Source: Thermoanaerobaculia bacterium | GTDB taxonomy: Bacteria > Acidobacteriota > Thermoanaerobaculia > UBA5066 > Gp7-AA6 | Direction: 5' to 3' | NCBI GenBank assembly: GCA_035263845.1 | Contig: DATFQY010000005.1 | Span: 6,770-70,769 of the forward strand | Length of the DNA: 64,000 nucleotides | In this document: piece after piece, positions 50,478 through 58,388 of the stretch | Layout of the letters: each line of letters opens with the position of its first letter | Position numbering within the stretch: position 1 is the first letter of the stretch | Notes under the pieces: model-generated | Told to the model about the DNA's origin: nothing | Seen by the model: only the letters and a program-made list of their open reading frames with translations | Database searches by the model: none | Made by a program: the position numbers and the translations under genes

Positions 50478-51510
50478 ATGCCGAAAAGTCTTTATTCTGG
50501 CGATGGCGATCGCCTGCCTTTCGGATGACTCCGCAGGCCAGAGAACGTCTCCCGTTCAGGAGAAGGTGACGGTCGAACGAGTTGTAATAACAGGTCATGT
50601 CATTGACAGATTTGCGAAACCGATTCATGGGCTGACCGTTGATGATTTTGTTCTCCTGGTCGACGGGATTCCGACCCCAATCGAGTCCGTCGATTGGATT
50701 GAGACCGTCCAGTTCTTGGAGACGCGAACGCCGGTCGTTGGAGCTGATAGATCCGGTTCTGCTTCGACAGAACTCGGATTACCCGGTAGTCCGAGGCTAA
50801 CGGTCCTACTCTTTCAGTGGGAGATCTCCGGTCAAAAAGACACCGGCTTCGTCAGAATGATGCGCCAAGCTAAGTCCCTGATCGAAAGCTCCGGTCCGGA
50901 TGATTTGTTCGCCGTCCTGGGCTTTGGCTCCAGCCTTCGGCTGCTTCAGGACTTTACGAACAGCCATGAAACCATTGAACGCGCGATTCTCAACGTCCGA
51001 AGCCTTGGTTGGAAGAGCCCGGTTCCAGAATCAGGACGACCAGCTCTTACAACGGGAATCACCGACTGCGGGCGCACGGATTCGATCGAGGCTGGTCTGA
51101 CTTGTATCGGCAAGGGACTTGATCGCCTGCCTGGACCAAAGTCCCTTCTCTTCTTTGGCTGGAGTGCTGCCACGAATGAACACACTTGGCGCGCGCGGGC
51201 TCCTTCGGTGATCGAGTCGGTGACGAAGGCTGAAACGTCTGTCTTCGTCCTTGATGTCAGTGATGGCAGGCGCTACGGTAAGCGGCTGCTCCTAGAGAGC
51301 CTCAAGACACTCGCTTTTGAAACAGGAGGCCTCTATCAGACTACGTACGATTTCCCGGACCTGGCCCGGAATCGAGTCCAGCGGACCCTCGACGGCTACT
51401 ACGAATTGACCTTCCGGAACCAGCCAACGAGCCGAGGATGGCATCGCGTTGACGTTGAGCTGGCACGGCGGCTCGGAACCGCGCTCTTTCGGCGGTGGTT
51501 TCAGGACTGA
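50478..51510 (+). CDS. VWFA-related Acidobacterial domain protein (TIGR03436-like): an N-terminal beta-sandwich plus a VWA domain, with an apparent frameshift between the signal peptide and the body.
   Basis: The body starts at ATG 50503 and reads VTVERVVITGHVIDRFAKPIHGLTVDDFVLLVDGIPTPIESV, then a VWA-like core. ATG 50478 in another frame encodes MPKSL. Removing one T from the TTT at 50491-50493 yields MPKSLILAMAIAC, a lipoprotein signal peptide. Confidence 0.55.
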
Positions 51511-51902
51511 GGGTCTCGCGGCAGGAGGTTCTCGGGCTTCCCGATGCGGAGGATCCGGCCCTCCAGGACGTAGCCCAGACCGTTCATTCGCAGGATCACG
51601 TCCAGGGCCTGGTCCCAGGGAACGTCGTGCAGGGAGACCGTGACGGAGCCGCGGACGTCCGGATCGACGGCGATGTTGACCTTCGTCAGCTCGGCGAACG
51701 TCCGCAGGACGTCTTTCAAGTCGGCGTCTTTCAGGTCGAGCGAGATTGGCTCGCCGGAGTACGGCGATTGGGAATCCGCCGGCTTCGCAGGCGCGGCCTT
51801 CGTTTTCGCCGGCCGCTTGCGGGGGGACTCCGCCGCCGAAGAAGACGCAACGAACACGCAAAGAAGAAGCGCTGCCAGGAAGCCCTCGAACCGCCTTCTC
51901 AT
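51501..51902 (-). CDS. Secreted protein consisting of a single STN (secretin/TonB short N-terminal) domain, 133 aa.
   Basis: The signal peptide MRRRFEGFLAALLLCVFVASSSAA is followed by an STN-like block ISLDLKDADLKDVLRTFAELTKVNIAVDPDVRGSVTVSLHDVPWDQALDVILRMNGLGYVLEGRILRI. Confidence 0.55.
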   Translation of the reverse strand: MRRRFEGFLAALLLCVFVASSSAAESPRKRPAKTKAAPAKPADSQSPYSGEPISLDLKDADLKDVLRTFAELTKVNIAVDPDVRGSVTVSLHDVPWDQALDVILRMNGLGYVLEGRILRIGKPENLLPRDPQS

Positions 51903-51931
51903 GCGGAAAGGATAAACCTCGGCAGGAGAGA

Positions 51932-52552
51932 ATGCCGGTCGTGCGACCTCTCTCGCCGGCCAGGGTCCTGCCGTGGGTTCTCGTCGCCGCCCTGGGCGCG
52001 GCGACGCTGTTTCTCTTGTCGCGGGCGTTCCTTCCCTGGGGCGAGAGCCGAAGTGTGTCGGCGGCGCCGGTCGTCGCGGCGGTCCGGCACATCGCGCAGT
52101 TCTCGACCGTGGAGATCCAGGTCTCCGACGTCGTCCGCTACGAGGAAGCGAAACACTTCCTGGTCTTCGACTTTCCCAAGAGCGCCACGCTTCGGCTGAG
52201 AGGCCGCGTGCTGGGAGGCTTCGACCTGGAGAACCGGGCATTCAAAGTCCTTCCCGACGCCGACCATCGCATCGTCCGGGTGAAGCTCCCTCAGCCGCGG
52301 ATCCTCGCCGTGGATCCGCGCTTCGAGTGGTTCGACGAGAAGAGCGGCTGGATCAACCCGATCACACCGGCCGACCGCACCCGCTGGATGCTCTGGGCGC
52401 GGGGCGAACTCGCTCGCGCGGCGAAGCAGTCCGGGATCGAGCAGAAAGCGCAGGATCACGCCCGGGAGCTCATCACCTCGGCGGCCGACGGCTTCGGGTG
52501 GAAAGCGGACATTGCTTTTGAAAGAACCGTAGCGGCAGTTTCTTCGGAGTGA
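51932..52552 (+). CDS. Membrane-anchored hypothetical protein (206 aa).
   Basis: An N-terminal TM helix, then a soluble domain. It is divergent from the STN gene across a 29 bp spacer. Confidence 0.5.
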   Translation: MPVVRPLSPARVLPWVLVAALGAATLFLLSRAFLPWGESRSVSAAPVVAAVRHIAQFSTVEIQVSDVVRYEEAKHFLVFDFPKSATLRLRGRVLGGFDLENRAFKVLPDADHRIVRVKLPQPRILAVDPRFEWFDEKSGWINPITPADRTRWMLWARGELARAAKQSGIEQKAQDHARELITSAADGFGWKADIAFERTVAAVSSE

Positions 52553-52564
52553 GCGCCACCGGGC

Positions 52565-52609
52565 GGGAGGGGCAAGCCCCTCCCCTACGGCACGACAAGA
52601 GCTTTTTTT
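52565..52609. terminator. GC-rich hairpin in a convergent intergenic region; possible bidirectional terminator.
   Basis: The perfect 9 bp stem GGGAGGGGC-aa-GCCCCTCCC is followed 17 nt later by T7, which abuts the stop of the minus-strand gene. Confidence 0.3.
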
Positions 52610-53076
52610 CAGCGTCCCGGTTCGACTCGCTCGGCGTCCGCCTGGCGCTCTTTCATGGCCCAGAGCCCGAGGTGGCTGCGCCAGGCGGAGGCGGAGGCGG
52701 GGGAGAGCACGAACTCGTGGTCCGGGCCGTCGGAGCGCGAGATCCGCAGGACCTCCAGGCCGGTCAGGAGGCGCCCGGAGGCGAGCTTGACGCCCGTCAC
52801 GATCTTCTGGATGTCCGAGGTCGGAAGCTGCACGGTTTCCCCGAAGAGACCCGAGAACTGCAGCTCTTCGTCCTTCAAACCGAGCACGCCCGGCACGCGG
52901 CGATAGCGCCCGGCCACCAGATCGGCCCGCGTCAGGAGCTTGTAGGTCTCGCCTTCGCGCCCGATGGTGGCGCCCGCCAGCCGGTCCTGCGCGCTCTTCA
53001 ACAGGTAGCGCGGGACGAGCACCAGCGCCAGGACTGCCGCGACGGCAACCGCGAGGCCCCACAAGAGCAGCGTCAA
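52609..53076 (-). CDS. Small membrane-anchored protein (155 aa); last gene of the MoxR/VWA operon.
   Basis: The TTG start overlaps the VWA gene stop (TTGA). An N-terminal TM helix is followed by a soluble beta-rich domain. Confidence 0.45.
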   Translation of the reverse strand: MTLLLWGLAVAVAAVLALVLVPRYLLKSAQDRLAGATIGREGETYKLLTRADLVAGRYRRVPGVLGLKDEELQFSGLFGETVQLPTSDIQKIVTGVKLASGRLLTGLEVLRISRSDGPDHEFVLSPASASAWRSHLGLWAMKERQADAERVEPGR

Positions 53077-54167
53077 TGCAGGAACTTCTTCCGGTTCCGG
53101 ATGTAATCGGTAAACAGGAACTCGGCAAGATTGTACGGCGAGGCGTAGTACGCGCGCCCGCGGTTGATCTTGGTCAGCTTGTCCACGAAGTCCACGAGGT
53201 AGCTGTCGGTGGCGATCATGAAAGTCGTGATCGTGATCCCGTCGCGCCGGCAGGCGTCGGCTTCTTCCAGCGTCCGGTTGACGATCTTGAGATCCAGCCC
53301 GAAGGGGTTCTTGTAGAGGCGCCCGTGGTCCCAGATCGCCGAGGGCTTTCCGTCGGTGATGAGGAAGACCTGCTTGTTGGGATTCTTCTTGTGCTGGAGG
53401 ATCTTCCTGGCGAGCGCCAGCCCGGCCTTCGTGTTGGTGTGGAAGGGGCCGACCTGGGTCTTCGAGATCTCGGAAATCGGGACCCGCTTCGCGTCGTCGC
53501 CGAAGAGCAGCACCTCGATCGAGTCCTTCGGATACTTGGACTGGATGAGCTCGACTAAGGCCAGCGCGACCTTCTTGGCCGGGGTGAATCGGTCCTCGCC
53601 GTAGAGGATCATCGAGTGGGAGATGTCGATGGCGAGGACGGTCGCGCAGGAGGTCAGGTGCTCCTCCTCGTGGACCTCGAAGTCCTCGGGCTGGAGCGAG
53701 ATCTCTTCGACGTCGCGGCGGACGGCGTTGCCGATCGTGCGCACGCCGTCGATGGCCGTGGGGTTGTCGCCGAACTCGTAGGGGCGCGTCTCGGGAAGGA
53801 GCTCGCCTCCGGAGCCGGCCCGGGGGATCGCGTGGTAGCCGGCGCCCGACTTGGACAACGAGCTGAAGATCTCCTCCAGCGCGGAGCGGCGGATCTGCCT
53901 CTCGCCGGCGGCCGTCAGCGAGAGCTGGCCGTTCCTTTCTTCCACGACCTCGTTTATCTGGAGGGCCTTCGCGAACTCTTCGAGGTCGATCGAGGGGTCG
54001 ATGATGCCGCGCTCTTGCAGGTACTTCATCCACTTGAGCGCTTCCTCGACATCGCCCCCGGTCTGGAGGACGAGTTGGAGGAAGAGCTTCACGAGCTCCT
54101 GGTAGGTCAGGAGAGCGCGGAGGAGATCGACCGGGTAATCGGAGTAGCGGTACCGCACCGGGGCCAA
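53073..54167 (-). CDS. VWA-domain protein, partner of the MoxR-like ATPase.
   Basis: MIDAS motif DISHS with downstream T and D residues. Only the 3' part of the 600-codon track ORF is coding. The start is inferred as TTG at 54167 (MAPVRYRYS), 2 nt after the HpcH stop. Confidence 0.75.
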   Translation of the reverse strand: MAPVRYRYSDYPVDLLRALLTYQELVKLFLQLVLQTGGDVEEALKWMKYLQERGIIDPSIDLEEFAKALQINEVVEERNGQLSLTAAGERQIRRSALEEIFSSLSKSGAGYHAIPRAGSGGELLPETRPYEFGDNPTAIDGVRTIGNAVRRDVEEISLQPEDFEVHEEEHLTSCATVLAIDISHSMILYGEDRFTPAKKVALALVELIQSKYPKDSIEVLLFGDDAKRVPISEISKTQVGPFHTNTKAGLALARKILQHKKNPNKQVFLITDGKPSAIWDHGRLYKNPFGLDLKIVNRTLEEADACRRDGITITTFMIATDSYLVDFVDKLTKINRGRAYYASPYNLAEFLFTDYIRNRKKFLH

Positions 54168-54169
54168 TT

Positions 54170-54901
54170 CTACGGCTTCAAGGCTCCTCGCCACGCGCGC
54201 GCGGCCTCGAGCACGAGCGTGCGGTCGCTCATGGTGAAGAAGGAGTAGCCCAGCTCCCGCAGCGAGGGGATCTGGTCGGCCCGACCGAGCATGATTCCGG
54301 CCGCCTTGCCGGAGGTCTTCGCCTGGCCGGCGATCCGCGCGAGCGCGTCGCGGTAGCTCGGGTGCGTGTACTGCCCCGGCACGCCGAGCGCCTGCGTCAG
54401 GTCGTTGGGGCCGACGTAAAGGACGTCGAGCCCGGGCTCCGAGGAGATCTGCGACAGCTCCGCCAGGGCGCCACCGGTTTCGATCTGGACCACGATCGTG
54501 GTCGCCTCGTTGGCCTCCCGGACCACGCGATCCAGCGGGATCGTCGCGTAGCGGTTCGCGCGTGCGCCTCCGAGGCCCCGTTTCCCGGCCGGCGGGTACT
54601 TCGCCATCTCGATCGCGCTCCGGACCGTCGCGCAGCTGTCGCCGCGCGGGAACAGGATCCCTGCCGCGCCGGCGTCGAGGCTTCGTCCGACTTCGGCGGC
54701 CGTACAGGAGGGGACTCGGACGACCGACGGCAGTCCGGCGCCGTCGGCGGCGATGACCATGGCGGCGATGGACTCGATGTTGAAGAACCCGTGCTCGGAA
54801 TCCAGGACGACGAAATCGAACTCGGCGATGGAAAGAAGCTCTGCGATGCCGGCCGTCGGCCAGGTCAGGAAGCATCCCAGCAGCGGCTCGCGCCGCAGCA
54901 C
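54170..54901 (-). CDS. HpcH/HpaI-family aldolase (2-keto-3-deoxy sugar acid / citrate lyase beta-like).
   Basis: TIM-barrel aldolase motifs (DSEHG, KYPPAGKRGLG). 243 aa. Confidence 0.8.
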   Translation of the reverse strand: MLRREPLLGCFLTWPTAGIAELLSIAEFDFVVLDSEHGFFNIESIAAMVIAADGAGLPSVVRVPSCTAAEVGRSLDAGAAGILFPRGDSCATVRSAIEMAKYPPAGKRGLGGARANRYATIPLDRVVREANEATTIVVQIETGGALAELSQISSEPGLDVLYVGPNDLTQALGVPGQYTHPSYRDALARIAGQAKTSGKAAGIMLGRADQIPSLRELGYSFFTMSDRTLVLEAARAWRGALKP

Positions 54902-54950
54902 CCGCTCCCGGAACGACCGGAGGACGTCCGTTCCTTCTCTCAGACGTTTC

Positions 54951-56564
54951 TCAGTTGGTGGTTCTCGATCGCACCAGGTTGAACTTCAGCATCTCGGTGT
55001 ACGAGACCTTCGAGTCGAGGTCCTCGCGGGCGATCTTCAAGTGCTGGGTCAGGCCTTCGAGGACCAGCTCCATTCCGACGGCGCGCTCCTCGGGGGCCGC
55101 CGGGGCGAAGTGCTCCTCCACCGCCTTGCGGAGACCGGGGACGGACTCCAGCGCCGCCAGGTGCTCCTGGAAGGGAGTGTCATCGGAGAGCGTGATCTTG
55201 TTGCCGGCGGCGAACCATTCGACGATCGGCTCGTAGAGCGGATGGATCTTTTCCGGCGCCGGGTTGTTGCGAAGACGCCGGGCGGGCCCCGCCTCGTCGG
55301 AGTCCTCGGGGTCCTCGCGCCGGCGCTGCGTTGGGCGGCCGGAGTCGGGCGCCGGGAAGCGGCCGTCGAAAAGCTTCTTGACCGCCGTTCCGATCAGGCG
55401 CTTGGCCACGACCTCGGCCCCCTGCTGCTCGCCCTCGTAGACCATCTCGACTTTCCCCGTGATCGCCGGCAGGCACGCGGGCAGGTCGCAGAGGCGCGGC
55501 GCAACGGTCTTTTCGCGATGGCGCAGGCCGCGCCGCTCGAGATTGGAGACGAGGATCTCGACCGCCGAGATCGGCATCCGCGCCGAGACCCCGGAGGACT
55601 GGTCCACGAACTCGCTGCCGCGGGCGGCGAAGGCGATTTCCTCGACGAGCTCTCGGAAGAAGTCGGGCAGCTCGACCCGTGGATCTCCCTCGGCTCGCTC
55701 GACCCATGCTTCCTGAGCTGTGATCTTGGCCGCCGTCTTCACGTCGTCGGGGTAGTGGGTCAGGATCTGGGAAGAGATGCGGTCCTTCAGCGGCGTGATG
55801 ATGTTGCCGCGGTTGGTGTAGTCCTCCGGGTTGGCCGAGAAGACGAGCAGGATGTCGAGCGGGATCCGGACGGGAAAGCCGCGGATCTGCAGGTCGCGCT
55901 CCTCGAGGATGTTCAGCAGGCCCACCTGGATCCGGGGTTGTAAGTCCGGCAGCTCGTTGATCGCGAAGATGCCGCGGTTGGTCCGCGGCACGATGCCGAA
56001 GTGGATGACCTCTTCGTCCGAGTAGGAGCGCTTTTCCGTGGCCGCCTTGATGGGGTCCACGTCCCCGATGAGATCCGCGATGGTGACGTCGGGGGTGGCG
56101 AGCTTCTCCCGGTAGCGCTCCTCGCGCGGGATCCAGTCGATCGGCGCCGCGTCCCCCTTCTCGGCGAGGACACGGCGGCCGTACTTGGTGATCGGGGCAA
56201 AGGGGTCCTCGTTTAACTCGCTGCCGGCGATTGCCGGGATCTCCAAATCCAGCAGGTTGACGAGCATGCGAAGGAGCCGGGTCTTCGCCTGGCCGCGCAG
56301 CCCCAGGAGCAGGAAGTCGTGGCGCGAGAGGATCGCGTTGTGGAGCGAGGGCAGGACGGTCCGCTCGTAGCCGTGGATCCCCGCGAAGGGGTTCTCCCCG
56401 CGGGCGAGTGCCCGCCGGAGGTTCTCGCGAAGCTCCTCCTTGACGCCGCGCGGACGGTAACCGCTGGCCTTCAGCTCGCCGACTGTCGCCGCCCTGGCCA
56501 TCTCCGGTGGGTCCTCCCTGTGAGCCGCCTTACAGACTACCTGTCCGCGTTTCGAGACGTTCAA
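54951..56564 (-). CDS. MoxR-family AAA+ ATPase with a long C-terminal extension (537 aa).
   Basis: IHGYERTVLPSLHNAILSRHDFLLLGLRGQAKTRL carries a GxxGxAKT MoxR-type Walker A. A Walker B and sensor follow. The start may be the internal Met at 56501. The ATG at 56564 overlaps the redoxin gene stop. Confidence 0.7.
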   Translation of the reverse strand: MNVSKRGQVVCKAAHREDPPEMARAATVGELKASGYRPRGVKEELRENLRRALARGENPFAGIHGYERTVLPSLHNAILSRHDFLLLGLRGQAKTRLLRMLVNLLDLEIPAIAGSELNEDPFAPITKYGRRVLAEKGDAAPIDWIPREERYREKLATPDVTIADLIGDVDPIKAATEKRSYSDEEVIHFGIVPRTNRGIFAINELPDLQPRIQVGLLNILEERDLQIRGFPVRIPLDILLVFSANPEDYTNRGNIITPLKDRISSQILTHYPDDVKTAAKITAQEAWVERAEGDPRVELPDFFRELVEEIAFAARGSEFVDQSSGVSARMPISAVEILVSNLERRGLRHREKTVAPRLCDLPACLPAITGKVEMVYEGEQQGAEVVAKRLIGTAVKKLFDGRFPAPDSGRPTQRRREDPEDSDEAGPARRLRNNPAPEKIHPLYEPIVEWFAAGNKITLSDDTPFQEHLAALESVPGLRKAVEEHFAPAAPEERAVGMELVLEGLTQHLKIAREDLDSKVSYTEMLKFNLVRSRTTN

Positions 56565-57043
56565 CCCGGCTTGATCGCCGGGATCTTCTCGCCGGGCGCG
56601 AAGAGCGCCGACGCCGGCCGTCCCCCCATTTCCGAGGCGACCCCGGCCAGTTCTTCCATCTTATCCCGCTGGAATCCGACGACCGCCTCGCGGACGCGGC
56701 CGTCGGCGTCGACGAGGAAGAAGGTCGGGACGCTGTCGAGACCGAGTGTCTCCGAGGCGCTCCAGGGCTCGGGATCGTAGAGAGTCGTGATCGCGACGTT
56801 CAATTCCTCGGCGAAGCGGGCAGCGTCGTCCGGGCTGTCCTGAGAGACAGCGACGACGGAAAGCGGCCCGCCCTGCGCGCGCCGGCGGATCCGGTCGAGA
56901 AACGGCCAGGCGAACTCGCAGGTCGGGCAGGTCGTCTTGAAGAACCCGTACAGGGCGGGGTTGGCGGGAGCGGCGGCCTCCCGCCCTTCTTCGTCCCGGA
57001 GAGTGATGTGTGGGAAACGATTTCCGGGAGCGGGAAGAGCCAC
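56561..57043 (-). CDS. Thioredoxin-fold thiol-disulfide oxidoreductase (redoxin/TlpA-like).
   Basis: CxxC active site FKTTCPTCEF and a redoxin fold (SQDSPDDAARFAEE...VPTFFLVDADGRV). GTG start inferred; 160 aa. Confidence 0.7.
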   Translation of the reverse strand: MALPAPGNRFPHITLRDEEGREAAAPANPALYGFFKTTCPTCEFAWPFLDRIRRRAQGGPLSVVAVSQDSPDDAARFAEELNVAITTLYDPEPWSASETLGLDSVPTFFLVDADGRVREAVVGFQRDKMEELAGVASEMGGRPASALFAPGEKIPAIKPG

Positions 57044-57070
57044 TGCCCGATTATATTCTCCGCGCGTTCC

Positions 57071-58387
57071 GTGATCAGCCGAAGGCACTTCCTCCGCGGC
57101 GCCGCCATCGCGGCGGCTTCGGCCGCCTCGGGCGCCTGCGCGCGCCCCGCACCGGCGGGCAAGCGCAAGACTCTCCGCATCGCGCAGTGGGCCCATTACG
57201 TGCCCCGCTACGACCAGTGGTTCGACAAGGTCTTCACGAAGGAGTGGGGCGAGAAGAACCGGACCGACGTGATCGTGGACCACATCGCCGCGACCGAAGT
57301 CCCGGCGCGCGCGGCGGCCGAGGCGGCGTCCGGCAAGGGGCACGACCTCTTCCATTTCCTCTCTCCGCCCGCCGCCTACGAGCGCAACGTCCTCGACCAC
57401 GCCGACGTCGTGCGCGAGGTCGAGCGCCGGCACGGCGAGATGGTGCCGCTCGCGCGCCGGTCCACCTTCAACCCGAAAACGGGAAAGTTCTTCGCCTTCT
57501 CCGATTCCTTCGCTCCCGACCCGGGCAACTACCGGATCGACCTCTGGGCCGACGCCGGGTATCCGAAGGGACCGGACACCTGGGAGGACCTCCGGCTGGG
57601 CGGCGCTAAGATCCGGAAGAGGTCCGGCCACCCCGTCGGGATCGGGTTCTCGCAGGAGATGGACTCGAACATGGCGCTCCGCGCGCTGCTCTGGTCCTTC
57701 GGCGGCGCGGAACAGGACGAGCAGGGGCGGCCCGCTCTCGATTCCAAAGCGGCAATCGAGGCCCTGAAGTTCGCGCGGGCCCTCTGGCGCGAGGCGGAAA
57801 CGGCCGAGGTCTTCACCTGGGACCCCTCCTCCAACAACCGCGCGATGATCTCCGGGCGCTCTTCCTTCGTCCAGAACGCGATCTCGGTGACGCGCTCCGC
57901 CGAGAAGGACAACCCCGAGACGGCAGCGAAGATCGGTCTGACTCCCGCCCTGGCGGGGCCGGTCCGCCGGATCGCGGCGGAGCACCTCATGAGCTGCTAC
58001 GGGGTGTGGAAGTTCGCCGAGAACCCGGAGGGAGCGAAGCAGTTCCTGGTGGACTTCATCGACGCCTTCCCGGCGGTCTTCCGCGAGAGCGCCTTCTACA
58101 ACCTGCCGTGCTTCCCCTCGACCGTCCCGGACGCGGCGCGTCAGCTCGCCGAGGACCCGGCAGCGCCCCCGGGGAAGTACGCGGTCCTCTCGACGGCGCT
58201 CGATTGGTCCACCAACGTCGGTTACCCCGGCTACGCCACGGCGGCGATCGACGAGGTCTTCAACACGTTCGTCATCCCGACGATGTTCGCCCGCGTGGCC
58301 CGGGACGAGACGACCCCCGAGGCGGCGGTGAAGGCCGCCCACGCCGAGATCGCCCGGATTTTCGGCAAGTGGACCCAGGCCAGTTGA
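57071..58387 (+). CDS. ABC transporter substrate-binding lipoprotein (solute-binding protein family 1) with a Tat signal.
   Basis: A twin-arginine motif ISRRHFLRGAAIAAASAASGAC includes the lipobox. A periplasmic binding fold follows. GTG start at 57071. Confidence 0.75.
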   Translation: MISRRHFLRGAAIAAASAASGACARPAPAGKRKTLRIAQWAHYVPRYDQWFDKVFTKEWGEKNRTDVIVDHIAATEVPARAAAEAASGKGHDLFHFLSPPAAYERNVLDHADVVREVERRHGEMVPLARRSTFNPKTGKFFAFSDSFAPDPGNYRIDLWADAGYPKGPDTWEDLRLGGAKIRKRSGHPVGIGFSQEMDSNMALRALLWSFGGAEQDEQGRPALDSKAAIEALKFARALWREAETAEVFTWDPSSNNRAMISGRSSFVQNAISVTRSAEKDNPETAAKIGLTPALAGPVRRIAAEHLMSCYGVWKFAENPEGAKQFLVDFIDAFPAVFRESAFYNLPCFPSTVPDAARQLAEDPAAPPGKYAVLSTALDWSTNVGYPGYATAAIDEVFNTFVIPTMFARVARDETTPEAAVKAAHAEIARIFGKWTQAS

Positions 58388-58388
58388 C

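Larger units (their letters stand above)
50037..51510. other. Low-GC (~52%) compositional island of about 1.5 kb in a ~68-70% GC background, carrying two genes.
   Basis: A visible drop in G+C and GC3 between the MBL gene stop and the STN-domain gene. No flanking direct repeats, tRNA or integrase were detected. Confidence 0.5.
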
